DNA of 64,000 nt from Candidatus Phosphitivorax anaerolimi (GTDB taxonomy: Bacteria; Desulfobacterota; Desulfomonilia; UBA1062), in the NCBI GenBank assembly GCA_001896555.1, contig MPOS01000011.1, positions 30,223-94,222 on the forward strand. Reading direction: 5' to 3'. Positions 39,000 to 48,392 of the stretch are shown piece after piece (within the stretch, counting starts at the first letter, position 1; each line of letters opens with the position of its first letter). The position numbers and the translations under genes were made by a program. The notes under the pieces are model-generated. The model worked only from the letters and a program-made list of their open reading frames with translations. It was not told the origin of the DNA and ran no database searches.

Positions 39000-39808
39000 C
39001 AGGGGCGGGCAAATCTGGGAGAATCCGGACTATGGAGGTTATCGCGGGCTTCCTCATCGTTCTGGCTATACTTACCACGCTCCATCCCGTCAGTGACGTA
39101 TCGGAAAGCGAACTGACGTTGTACCCGGAAGTGCCTGGAATTCAGCATGTTTTGAGATATGAGGTCAAGCCGTACTCTGTCATGAAGGACGAGAACATCG
39201 TCAAGCAGCAGTTCGACTACAGTTGCGGTTCTGCGGCGCTGGCAACCCTCCTGAACTACTACCTGGGCGAGAACTTCACCGAGGAGCAGGTGATCCAGGG
39301 GCTGATGGAGTATGGCGACATCAAGCAGCTGGAGGAGAGGCGCGCGTTCTCTCTGCTGGATATGAAGCGGTTTGTTACGGTTCTCGGCTACCAGGGCACG
39401 GGCTACACTGCGGAGCTCGAAGATCTGAAGAAGCTCGACAAGCCATGCATCGTTCCGATCGAGTTTTTCGGGTACAGGCACTTCGTGGTTTACCGTGGCA
39501 TATATGGCGATCATGTGTTCTTCGCCGACCCCTTCATGGGCAACATCAGCTTCACCTTATCGGAATTTGAAGAAATGTGGCACAGAAATATCGTGTTTAT
39601 CGTGACCGACGGCGGAGTCACCATGGATGCGCTTCTCCTCAAGGAGGAGGATTTGCGGCTCGTGGAGATCATCAGGACGAGCGATGCTCTTCCCGAGCAT
39701 GCACGTTCGACCATTCTGATCGAGCAGCAGAAGTTCATGGAATCCATCGGGAGGATCGACGAGGACGCGAACAGGAGATACCAGTTCAAGAGCATCAATG
39801 TCTATTGA
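38996..39808 (+). CDS. Membrane-anchored peptidase C39-family cysteine protease, standalone and predicted periplasm-facing.
   Basis: One N-terminal TM helix (EVIAGFLIVLAILTTL). Catalytic Cys in QQFDYSCGSAALATLLNYYLG. His and Asp in GYRHFVVYRGIYGDHVFFADPFMG. The TTG start overlaps the upstream TGA; an alternative ATG at 39032 has RBS GGGAGA. Confidence 0.7.
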   Translation: MTGAGKSGRIRTMEVIAGFLIVLAILTTLHPVSDVSESELTLYPEVPGIQHVLRYEVKPYSVMKDENIVKQQFDYSCGSAALATLLNYYLGENFTEEQVIQGLMEYGDIKQLEERRAFSLLDMKRFVTVLGYQGTGYTAELEDLKKLDKPCIVPIEFFGYRHFVVYRGIYGDHVFFADPFMGNISFTLSEFEEMWHRNIVFIVTDGGVTMDALLLKEEDLRLVEIIRTSDALPEHARSTILIEQQKFMESIGRIDEDANRRYQFKSINVY

Positions 39809-39841
39809 TGTCGCACTGCGTGCTCCGGGCCCAATCATGAA

Positions 39842-40915
39842 TTGACAGGTTACAGCAAGAGGAGACCATACGTGAAGAGACTCGCTGTTTTGATTGCTGT
39901 GTTTTTTTGCTGCCTTGTTTGTGCTGCCGACGGGAGCGCCCAGGAGCAGGAAACAGGAAGAGAGGAGCTTCTGAACCGTATCGAGGAGCTGGAGAAACGG
40001 ATCAATGAATTGACGGAAGAGAGCCGCGCCAGAAGAAGACTGGAGATCACCGAGCAGGAGAAGCAGGAGAAGGAGAAGGAAGTGCTCGAAGCAGTGGGCA
40101 GAGAATACTCTCTCGAACCAAAGCGCACGCTCGGGCTCGACTATACGCTGTCGTACAAGTATACCCCAAGCGAGAGGATTCTCAATCAGCTCCTGATCGA
40201 ACGCCAGATAGATCACGAGATCAAGCACACCATCACTACATCGTACAGCATCCTCGACAATCTGACCTTCAGCGCGGGCATTCCTTTCGTATACCGGTAC
40301 AACGAAGTGGGCACGGACAAAGAGCTGGATGAAACCGACATCGGTGATATTACCCTGGGATTTTTGATCCAGCCCATCAAGTCGAAGGCCGGCGATGTGC
40401 GGACAATTCTGGGCCTGAGCGCCTCATTGCCCACGGGCAGGAGCCCCTTCAAGATCAACCCCGAGACAGAGCTCTCGACCGGCAACGGTGTGTATGACTT
40501 TTCGCTCACCGCAAGCTTCAGCAAGCAGATCGATCCTGTTGTGGCCTTCTGGAACCTCGGCTACACCTACCGCATGGATGCCACTGGTCTGGATTACAGA
40601 GTTATGGAGCAACTAATATTGGAAGAGGTGGAGACAGGGAACTCCATCTCCGCGGGGGCAGGGATCGGCTATGCACTTTCTTACAAAGTATCGGTGAACT
40701 CGTCTTTCAGCTACACCTATCATTTCAGCTCTGCATATAAGTATACGGGTGCAGCTCAGGACGTTGAGTCCGGAGACAGATCTGAGGCCACGTTCGGCGT
40801 GGGCTTGGGCTGGAAAGCAACAAACAAGACCACCCTTTCTTTCAGTCTCGGGTACAGTCTCACGGGGTCGGGCTTCACGTTTACGGTCAGGGCCCCGTTC
40901 AGCTTTGTCCTATGA
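39842..40915 (+). CDS. Outer-membrane beta-barrel protein with an N-terminal coiled-coil segment.
   Basis: Signal peptide LAVLIAVFFCCLVCAADG. Coiled coil EELLNRIEELEKRINELTEESRARRRLEITEQEKQEKEKE. Beta-strand-rich remainder ending FSFVL. Confidence 0.55.
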   Translation: MTGYSKRRPYVKRLAVLIAVFFCCLVCAADGSAQEQETGREELLNRIEELEKRINELTEESRARRRLEITEQEKQEKEKEVLEAVGREYSLEPKRTLGLDYTLSYKYTPSERILNQLLIERQIDHEIKHTITTSYSILDNLTFSAGIPFVYRYNEVGTDKELDETDIGDITLGFLIQPIKSKAGDVRTILGLSASLPTGRSPFKINPETELSTGNGVYDFSLTASFSKQIDPVVAFWNLGYTYRMDATGLDYRVMEQLILEEVETGNSISAGAGIGYALSYKVSVNSSFSYTYHFSSAYKYTGAAQDVESGDRSEATFGVGLGWKATNKTTLSFSLGYSLTGSGFTFTVRAPFSFVL

Positions 40916-40929
40916 GGGGAGAGTGTATT

Positions 40930-42615
40930 ATGCTATTGAGGAGGTTTCCGGCTATTTGCCTGCTGCTGATCGCGGGTTTGATCAGCCCCATGCCGGCGCG
41001 TGCCGGGCTTTTCGAGCAGCTCGCGGTCTGCCCCGCGGCCTCGTCCCTGGGCAGCGCGGTGACCGCCTATCCCGAGGGGTGCGGCGGGCTGGCCGTGCAT
41101 TTCAACCCGGCCCATCTGGCGACCTATGAGGCCAGCCGCTTCGACAATGCGCTGATATTCACCATAAACAAGCGGGAGGCAACGTACACCCAGGGGATCG
41201 ACCCGGAAACCGGCGAGCTCTGGGCGCCATTCGGCGGCTGGTTCAACGACGGCAAAGACCCTCTGGACGGTGCACATGCCGAGCAGCAGAGCGGGTATAT
41301 GGTGATCCCCATCGTCGACTACGAGATCCCCTACCTGGCAGGTGCGGGCATGGGGATCATCTACAAGCCGCCCGAGCCCGAGTCGCGGCTCACCTTCGGA
41401 TTCGGACAGTATGCCCCCTTTGCGGTGGGGCTGAAGAATCACAGCGGAGACCCGTTCAGCTTCATGGGCAGGAAGGCCTTCTTCCTCCGCATGGTCCTGG
41501 CGGCCCCGGCGGTTGCATATAAGCTCACCGACACCATATCCATAGGCGCCTCGGTAGGGATCGGGGTCACCCTGTTCAGCTTCCAGACGAACATGAGAAC
41601 GCCCAACACCATGGTCGCACTGACCGGCGCCCTGGGTGAGGCGACCGAAGGTCTGGAGATCCCGGTGATATCAGAGCTGACTTTCCCGCCGCCCTGGTTC
41701 GGCGGCGGAATGCACCCCTATGAGAAATCGGGCGAGCTTGAGCTCCTGGTGGAGGACTACTTCACCACCTCGTACAACCTGGGCTTTCTGTGGGAGCCCA
41801 CGCCCTGGTTTGCCTTCGGGGCCTGTTACCAGAGCGAGTCCGAGACCACTATGGAAGGCGACTACAAGTTTTCCTACGAACGTAGATTTCAGAACACGGT
41901 CGCCTGGCTGGGGCGTTCTCCCCTGACGATCATAACAGCCGCCATGTTCGACCTGCCCTACCAGGCAGTGCCCCATCAGAAGGGCACCGCCACCGTCAGC
42001 ATGACCTGGCCCGCCCGCCTTCAGCTCGGCGTCAAACTGAAGCCCATAAAACAGCTCGTGCTCACCTGCGACGCCCACTGGACCGACTGGGAGGCATGGC
42101 CTACTCTCGAGATACAGTTCGACCAGAAGATTCAGCTTCTGAGATTCGCCCGGATGCTCGGGTATATGAACAGTCCCAAGGCCATGGTTTTGAATCTGGG
42201 TTTTGAGAACACCTGGCATTTCAGCTACGGAATCGAGATACGCCCCATCAAGCGGCTCGCCCTGCGCTTCGGGTATGAGCCCAGACCCACTTCCGTGCAG
42301 GACGACCTCTTCGGCCCTGTGCCCATGTCGGATATGGATATCTATTCTGTGGGGATCGGGTTTACCATCGAGGACCATCCCAAGCCCAAGCCCGGCAACT
42401 TCCATGAACTGCTCAAACAGATTCAGCATCCGACCGCAATCGACCTCAATGTGACGCTTGTGCAGCTCAAAGACAAGACGGTGGGGTTCAACGAAAGCAC
42501 GAATATGAACTCGATAGATTTCACCGACATTGTCTACAACCCGTATGCGGGCCTTGAGTACGAGCAGGAGATGTCCGTATGGGTGATATCGCTGAATCAG
42601 GTGTTCAAGTGGTGA
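40930..42615 (+). CDS. FadL/TodX-family outer-membrane hydrophobic-compound channel.
   Basis: Signal peptide MLLRRFPAICLLLIAGLISPMPARA. FadL-like N-terminus GLFEQLAVCPAASSLGSAVTAYPEGCGGLAVHFNPAHLA containing the NPA motif. RBS GAGGGGAGAG. Confidence 0.65.
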   Translation: MLLRRFPAICLLLIAGLISPMPARAGLFEQLAVCPAASSLGSAVTAYPEGCGGLAVHFNPAHLATYEASRFDNALIFTINKREATYTQGIDPETGELWAPFGGWFNDGKDPLDGAHAEQQSGYMVIPIVDYEIPYLAGAGMGIIYKPPEPESRLTFGFGQYAPFAVGLKNHSGDPFSFMGRKAFFLRMVLAAPAVAYKLTDTISIGASVGIGVTLFSFQTNMRTPNTMVALTGALGEATEGLEIPVISELTFPPPWFGGGMHPYEKSGELELLVEDYFTTSYNLGFLWEPTPWFAFGACYQSESETTMEGDYKFSYERRFQNTVAWLGRSPLTIITAAMFDLPYQAVPHQKGTATVSMTWPARLQLGVKLKPIKQLVLTCDAHWTDWEAWPTLEIQFDQKIQLLRFARMLGYMNSPKAMVLNLGFENTWHFSYGIEIRPIKRLALRFGYEPRPTSVQDDLFGPVPMSDMDIYSVGIGFTIEDHPKPKPGNFHELLKQIQHPTAIDLNVTLVQLKDKTVGFNESTNMNSIDFTDIVYNPYAGLEYEQEMSVWVISLNQVFKW

Positions 42616-42760
42616 GAGCGCCTATGCGGGCGGCATATCGAGCTTGATGCCGTTATTTTCGGACAATGGCAGGCAAAGGACTGGTACTGCACCTGTGCGG
42701 AAATGCTCCCGGATCTTCTCGCGGACACCTCCGCGCCCAGCTCAATGCGGGATTGCATGC

Positions 42761-42790
42761 CCACTCTCTCCTTGAGGGAGAGGGACTTGG
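42761..42790. repeat. REP-like GC hairpin CTCTCTCC-TTGA-GGGAGAGGG, downstream of the FadL-like gene.
   Basis: Read from the sequence. It belongs to the same CTCTCC/GGAGAG family as the hairpins at 7060, 26620 and 29002. Confidence 0.35.
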
Positions 42791-42929
42791 GAGAGGCGTC
42801 ATAATGAAATACACCCAAAAATCCCGTCCCCAAACCCCGGCGAACCTTGCAACATCCAGTCTGAGGCGGTATAGTGAAGGCATCGGGAAAAACCGGTTAA
42901 TGTTTCTAACATGACAAAGGAGAAGATCT

Positions 42930-44441
42930 GTGAAGAGGAAGGCTGCTTACACCATATTGGTTTCCCTGGTATTCTGCGGACTTGCGCCCATGACGATTAC
43001 TGCGGAGGATAAGGCCGCCCTCAGGGAAGAGATCATTCGGCTGGTGGAGCCGGTCGAGAAGTATCAGATCATATTTGAGTCGTTCGTGCCGAGCCCTGAT
43101 TCCCAGCACGTGGCCTGCGTGGCCCGGTCGGGCAAAAAGTTTGTCGTGATGCATGACGGCAAGGCCCAGAAGGAGTATCACTCAATCGCCAAGGAAACCC
43201 CTGTCTTCAGCCCTGATTCCCAGCACATGGCCTACAAGGCCCAGGAAGGCATCAAGTGGGTCGTCGTGCGCGACGGCAAGGAGGAAGAGCGGTTCGACAA
43301 CGTGAGCGTCCCTGAGTACAGCCCTGATTCGAAGCACCTGGCATATGTCGCCCAGAACGGAAAAAAGCAGCAGGTGGTGTTTGACGGCAAGAAGCACAAG
43401 GCCTACGACGGCATACCCCTGAAGCACAACCTGGTGTTCAGCCCCGATTCGCAGCATTTCGCCTACTCCGTCCTGAAGGGGGGCAAAATGGTGGTGGTGA
43501 TGGACGGCAAGGAGGGAAAGGAATACGACCAGGTTTCGTTCCCGATATTCAGCCCGGACTCGAAGCACATGGTCTACCCTGCCAGGAGAGGGGATAAATG
43601 GTTTGTGGTAAAGGACGGGGAAGAAGGGCCCGAGTATGACCTTGTTGGTGTGTTCAGGTTCAGCCCTGACAGCTCCCGGTTTGCCTACACGGCAAAGATC
43701 GGCGGCAAGGCAGTGATGGTGGATGACGGCAAGGAGGGGCCGAAATTCACAGACATCGCCATGCCCATGTTCAGCCCTGACTCGAAGCACATGGCCTATC
43801 TGGCCATCGACGGCGACAAGATGCTCATGGTCATGGACGGGAATAAGGGCAAAAAGTATGACGAGATCAACGACCTGGCCTTCAGCCCGGACTCCGCCCG
43901 GTATCTCCTCACCGTAAGAAGCGGCAAAGACTGGACGGCCATTGTCGACGGAAAAGAAGCGGGCAGATACACGAACATCTTCCTGCCCGGCTTCAGCCCG
44001 GATTCAAAGCATTATTCGTTCATGGCCAGGAAGGGCGAGAAGTGGCTCCTAGTGTATGACGGGAAAGACGGCACGCTCTACGATTTCGTCACCCTCGCCC
44101 AGTTCAGCAGGGATTCGAACCACTATGCCTTCATGGCGAAAAAAGGCGAAAAGTGGGTGGTGGTGAAGGACGGCAGGGAGTCTCAGGAGTACGACGGGGT
44201 AGCGCTTCCGATGTTCTCGCCTGATTCCAGGCACTTCGCCTTCGCTGCAGTGAGAGACAACGCCTGGTTCGTGGTGGCGGACGGGGTGGAGGGGAACGAG
44301 CGCTTTGCCGGGTTCCTGAAAGGAACCGCTCTGCTGTTCGAAACAGATGATGTCTTTCACATCCTGGGCCTCCAGCTCAACATGGTCAGCCCCACCGAAG
44401 CGAGCATGAATATCGTGAAGCTCAAAGGGGAGATCAAATAA
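42930..44441 (+). CDS. Lipoprotein composed of about 11 tandem PD40/TolB-like repeats.
   Basis: GTG start with RBS AAGGAG. Signal peptide VSLVFCGLAPMTITA. The repeat is FSPDS(K/Q)H(M/L/F)AY.A..G.KW.VV.DGKEG.(E/K)YD. Confidence 0.7.
   Translation: MKRKAAYTILVSLVFCGLAPMTITAEDKAALREEIIRLVEPVEKYQIIFESFVPSPDSQHVACVARSGKKFVVMHDGKAQKEYHSIAKETPVFSPDSQHMAYKAQEGIKWVVVRDGKEEERFDNVSVPEYSPDSKHLAYVAQNGKKQQVVFDGKKHKAYDGIPLKHNLVFSPDSQHFAYSVLKGGKMVVVMDGKEGKEYDQVSFPIFSPDSKHMVYPARRGDKWFVVKDGEEGPEYDLVGVFRFSPDSSRFAYTAKIGGKAVMVDDGKEGPKFTDIAMPMFSPDSKHMAYLAIDGDKMLMVMDGNKGKKYDEINDLAFSPDSARYLLTVRSGKDWTAIVDGKEAGRYTNIFLPGFSPDSKHYSFMARKGEKWLLVYDGKDGTLYDFVTLAQFSRDSNHYAFMAKKGEKWVVVKDGRESQEYDGVALPMFSPDSRHFAFAAVRDNAWFVVADGVEGNERFAGFLKGTALLFETDDVFHILGLQLNMVSPTEASMNIVKLKGEIK
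43060..44300. repeat. About 117-bp tandem DNA periodicity underlying the PD40-like protein repeats.
   Basis: The recurring peptide FSPDSKH-AY at roughly 39-aa spacing implies in-frame DNA repeats. Confidence 0.6.
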
Positions 44442-44629
44442 CCGGCCCGGATAAAGCCGCCGAAACACCGGCATAGCGCCGGTTTGGAAGAGAGATTGGA
44501 GCCCTGCTCCCAGCGGGAAAGCGGAGAGCAGGGCTCCTACTGTACGCATCCTGTGCTTCGAAGGACTGGGATTCCTGGAAACACGCCGCAGGCTCCAGGG
44601 ATACTCTCCAGTGTGGCTCTTTGCGGGCC

Positions 44630-45712
44630 TCAGCCCCGGGTTTCCTGCGGGATGGTCCTCACCAGCTTCACGCCGATGATCATGGCGGACCCGATGCCCA
44701 CGATGATGACCGGGACCATGTGGAAGAAGTGATAGGCAAGAGTAAGCCCTGCGGCCTCTGTCGCCGGGATGCCGAAGATCATGAGCCCGAACACCCCGCC
44801 CGCCTCCCACAGGCCCCAATATCCCGGAACCGATGGGAGCATGATGAAAAAGCAGATGATGAGCTCCACGGCAAATGCCTGAAGGAACGATATCTGCACT
44901 CCAGGGAAACCGAATGTCAGGAGATACAGCGCCAGGCCGAGCATCGCCCAGAGGGCAAAGGAGAGCAGCAGGCACAGTACAAGGTTCAGGGGACTTTTCA
45001 GGATGTCGAACCCTACGGCGAAGTTATCCAGGAGACAGGTTATTTTCGTACACAGACCTGCCCGGAGCTTTTCCCTGAACGGCTGCTGCGCGAAGAACAT
45101 CATGTCGGGCGTCTTGAGGATGATCCGGTTGAAGACACTTCTCGTCGATGAGAAGCTGATGAGTAATGTGACCACCACGAGGACGAGACTGAACTTGAGC
45201 GTGGCCTTCCAGAGGCCGTCAAGCAGCGCCGGGGTGAGATGATAGGTTGCGAAGGTGATGTCCAGAGATGGATCGATAGGAACGGCGGCCAGTATATAAA
45301 TGAAGAATGAGAGCAGGGCCGCTGCATCGAATATTCTGTCTATTCCCGCCGTGGCGAGCACTTTAGAGAACTCGACGTTTTCCTTCTTGTAAAACACGGC
45401 GGGCCTGGCTATCTCCCCCACGCGGCCCGGGAAGACACTGCTCATCATAAAACCGATCATTACCGGGTGAAAAGCACTCCAGAAGCCGGTTTTTTTCACG
45501 GGCAGCAGGATGAGCTGCCAACGCCACACCCTGAGCACATAGCTCAGAAAAGCCACGAGGAGCGAAGGGATGACCCACCAGTAGTTGATGACCTTCAGAT
45601 AGTCGATGAGCTCCCGCAAGGGGATATTGACAAACGTGAGATAGAGAGCGGCTCCGGAGAAGACAATGCCCGCAATCAGTGAAAAGATAGTTTTTTTATT
45701 CAGTGTGATCAT
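44630..45712 (-). CDS. Lysylphosphatidylglycerol-synthase-TM-like (flippase-like, UPF0104) membrane protein.
   Basis: Polytopic. Segment LRVWRWQLILLPVKKTGFWSAFHPVMIGFMMSSVFPGRVGEIARPAVFYKKE is typical of the LPG_synthase_TM family. I trimmed to the MITLNKK start. Confidence 0.6.
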   Translation of the reverse strand: MITLNKKTIFSLIAGIVFSGAALYLTFVNIPLRELIDYLKVINYWWVIPSLLVAFLSYVLRVWRWQLILLPVKKTGFWSAFHPVMIGFMMSSVFPGRVGEIARPAVFYKKENVEFSKVLATAGIDRIFDAAALLSFFIYILAAVPIDPSLDITFATYHLTPALLDGLWKATLKFSLVLVVVTLLISFSSTRSVFNRIILKTPDMMFFAQQPFREKLRAGLCTKITCLLDNFAVGFDILKSPLNLVLCLLLSFALWAMLGLALYLLTFGFPGVQISFLQAFAVELIICFFIMLPSVPGYWGLWEAGGVFGLMIFGIPATEAAGLTLAYHFFHMVPVIIVGIGSAMIIGVKLVRTIPQETRG

Positions 45713-45941
45713 ACTGCTGCTGCACTCTCCGCCCTTTCCTGAAATTTCTGCATGCAGGTTTCGTCTGCCTTTTTGCCGGGTATTTCGAGCAGATGGTGCC
45801 ATTCCTCCAAAGTATTGGCGTGTAGGGTATACGGCATTCGAGAAAAGAAGCAAGATGTAAATGAAGCTCATGACGCCCGATCGTTCATGCTTTCACTGGA
45901 AAAAAATATGGAGATCGGGTAATGTGTTCGAATATTATTCG

Positions 45942-48287
45942 ATGAAAGTCAGAAATGGGGATTTGAAGATGGGGGCGGGAGTCATCCGGTTTGCCGGCAG
46001 GTATCGAAGCATCATCTGCTGTCTCGTTCTGATTCTATCCACGGCGCTTGCCTATTCCCGCATTGCCGGCAACGACTTCGTCAATTATGACGACCCATAT
46101 CAGGTGACGCAGGAAGATCACGTTCTCGGCGGCCTTACCTGGGAAAACATTCTCTGGTCTTTCGGCCCCGAGGCGCGCTGTTCACCGCTCACATGGATGG
46201 CCTACGCAGCGGGCCATAGCTTGTTCGGGCTGAATCCCGGCATGTTTCATATCATGAGCCTCGTTATCCATATCGCAGGCAGTGTGCTGCTTTTCTCTCT
46301 TCTCCGAAGAATGACCGGCAAGTTCTGGGAGAGCGCCTTCGTGGGCGCGTTGTTCGCCCTGCACCCCATCAATGTCGAGTCCGTCGCATGGGTTGCCGAG
46401 CTGAACAATGTCCTGAGCGGCCTCTTTTTTATGCTGACCCTGCTCCTCTATTCCCGGTACGCGGAGCAGCCGATCTTGAGGAGATACGTTGCAGCACTGC
46501 TGGCGTTCGGCCTCGGGCTGCTTGTCAAGCCGGTGCTCATGACCCTTCCCTTCATTCTGCTTCTGATCGATCTGTGGCCGCTCAAGCGCATTCAGCCGGA
46601 AAGGGATGACAGCAGGCACAACATGTGGGGTATGACCATCCGGGGAGTGCCTCTTTCCCGGATTCTCCTGGAAAAGGTCCCCTTCGCCCTTCTGGCGGCG
46701 GCGTCTCTTATAAGCAATATATATGGGGCGGAAAAGCGCATGGGGTTGTATAGTGCCGATATTGTGCCCATGGGCCTCCGGATTTCCAATGCCCTTGTTT
46801 CGTCCATAAAGTATCTGGGGAAGCTGTTCTGGCCGCATGATCTGACCATTTTTTACCCGTACCCGAGCGCGATCCCTCTGTGGCAGGTGGCAGTCGCTGT
46901 TCTCATACTGGCGCTTTTCACCGTATCGGCGGTGCGCATGGTCTTGAAGCGCCCATACATTCTCGTGGGATGGCTGTGGTTTCTGGCCGGTCTCGTTCCG
47001 TTCCTCGGCATCATCCAGGCCGGCATATGGCCCGAGCTGGCGGACCGCTATGCATATCTCACGTTTATCGGGATCTTTATCGTAATATCATGGGGTGCCT
47101 CTGAGCTGCTGGGAAGATTCAGATACCGCCGCGTTGTCATCACTGCGGCAGGTACGGCAGCAGTTCTCATTTTGACGGCAGCGACATGGAATCAGACCGG
47201 ACATTGGAAAAACAGCGAGACCCTGTTTCGCCATGCGCTCGAGGTGACGGAGAACAATCACCTGGCGCACTACAATCTCGGGTTTTTTCTGCTCGAACAG
47301 GGCAATATGCAGGAAGCCATAAGCCATTTTCGCCGGTCGCTCGAAATCTTGCCCAAAAATCCATCGGTGCTGAACAATCTGGGGCTCGCCCTCTTTTTCG
47401 AGGGGGATATGGATGGCGCTATCAGCGCATATCGCGAGGCTCTCGAGGCTAGCCCGGGGTCTCATATAGCACATGTCAATCTGGGCTATGCATATACACG
47501 AAAGGGAGATGAAGAGAAGGCGATCGAGCACTTTATCAGGGGATTGCAGTCTGATCCTCACGACAGCAAGGCCCGGAACTGTTTGAGCGATCTTTTCCTG
47601 CGGTCCGGGAGAATTGATGAAGCTCTCGAGCACTATCATGAGTCACTGCGGCTCAATCCGCACCAGCCGTTCGTTCATAACAGCCTTGGGCATGCCTATA
47701 TGAAAAAAGGCAACATGAGGAAAGCCGTTGAATATTATGAGAATGCGGTCAGGCTCGATCCCCGTGACAGCGAGGCGAAAAACAATCTCATAAACGCCAG
47801 AGCCACCCTGGCAAAAAGCGAAGAACTGATCGCTCAGGTAAAGGCAACGATACAGCAGAGGCCGCAGGATCCCCGGCTGTACATGCACCTGGGAGACCTT
47901 TATTTCCGGCAGGGAGCATACGATGAAGCCATTACAGAGTACCAGAAGTCGCTTTCGATTCAGCACGAATCCGTCAATGCACTATATGGGCTTGCTGTCG
48001 CCTATTCTCAGACAAAGGACTATGGAATGGCGCTGGAGTCGCTGCAGAGCATCCTTCGACTCATGCCGGACAGTCCGGACGTTCACTACAATATCGCCTG
48101 CATCTACGCCAAACAGAGCAAGGTAGACGAATCAATTTATTGGCTCGACAAATCCATTCAAAAGGGTTTTAACAACTGGAACCTGATCAGGACAGACCCG
48201 GATCTGCATTCCATTCGGGGCACGGAAGGCATGCAGAGGCTCGTCCGGGAAAACGAGGCGATCGGCGCAGGGCGGAGGGCACAGTAG
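45942..48287 (+). CDS. TMTC/PMT-like membrane glycosyltransferase-fold protein (DUF1736) with a C-terminal TPR array, paralog 1.
   Basis: N-terminal polytopic domain with FVNYDDPYQVTQ, FGLNPGMFHIMSLVIH and FALHPINVESVAWVAELNNVLSGLFFMLTLLLY. About 9 C-terminal TPR units. The start is uncertain (45861, 45942 or 45969). Confidence 0.75.
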   Translation: MKVRNGDLKMGAGVIRFAGRYRSIICCLVLILSTALAYSRIAGNDFVNYDDPYQVTQEDHVLGGLTWENILWSFGPEARCSPLTWMAYAAGHSLFGLNPGMFHIMSLVIHIAGSVLLFSLLRRMTGKFWESAFVGALFALHPINVESVAWVAELNNVLSGLFFMLTLLLYSRYAEQPILRRYVAALLAFGLGLLVKPVLMTLPFILLLIDLWPLKRIQPERDDSRHNMWGMTIRGVPLSRILLEKVPFALLAAASLISNIYGAEKRMGLYSADIVPMGLRISNALVSSIKYLGKLFWPHDLTIFYPYPSAIPLWQVAVAVLILALFTVSAVRMVLKRPYILVGWLWFLAGLVPFLGIIQAGIWPELADRYAYLTFIGIFIVISWGASELLGRFRYRRVVITAAGTAAVLILTAATWNQTGHWKNSETLFRHALEVTENNHLAHYNLGFFLLEQGNMQEAISHFRRSLEILPKNPSVLNNLGLALFFEGDMDGAISAYREALEASPGSHIAHVNLGYAYTRKGDEEKAIEHFIRGLQSDPHDSKARNCLSDLFLRSGRIDEALEHYHESLRLNPHQPFVHNSLGHAYMKKGNMRKAVEYYENAVRLDPRDSEAKNNLINARATLAKSEELIAQVKATIQQRPQDPRLYMHLGDLYFRQGAYDEAITEYQKSLSIQHESVNALYGLAVAYSQTKDYGMALESLQSILRLMPDSPDVHYNIACIYAKQSKVDESIYWLDKSIQKGFNNWNLIRTDPDLHSIRGTEGMQRLVRENEAIGAGRRAQ

Positions 48288-48392
48288 ACCGAATCGTGGA
48301 GGTACTATGCTGTGGCCCCTCTGTTCACGAATGGCGTTTTCCGATAAGACCGGGGCATATGAAGTGTTCGGCTGCCTACAGGAGAACATGCT

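Noticed and set aside
43182-43790. A 202-aa minus-strand ORF inside the PD40-repeat gene.
   Set aside because: Antisense reading of a periodic repeat region. The plus strand has an RBS plus signal peptide and coherent repeats.
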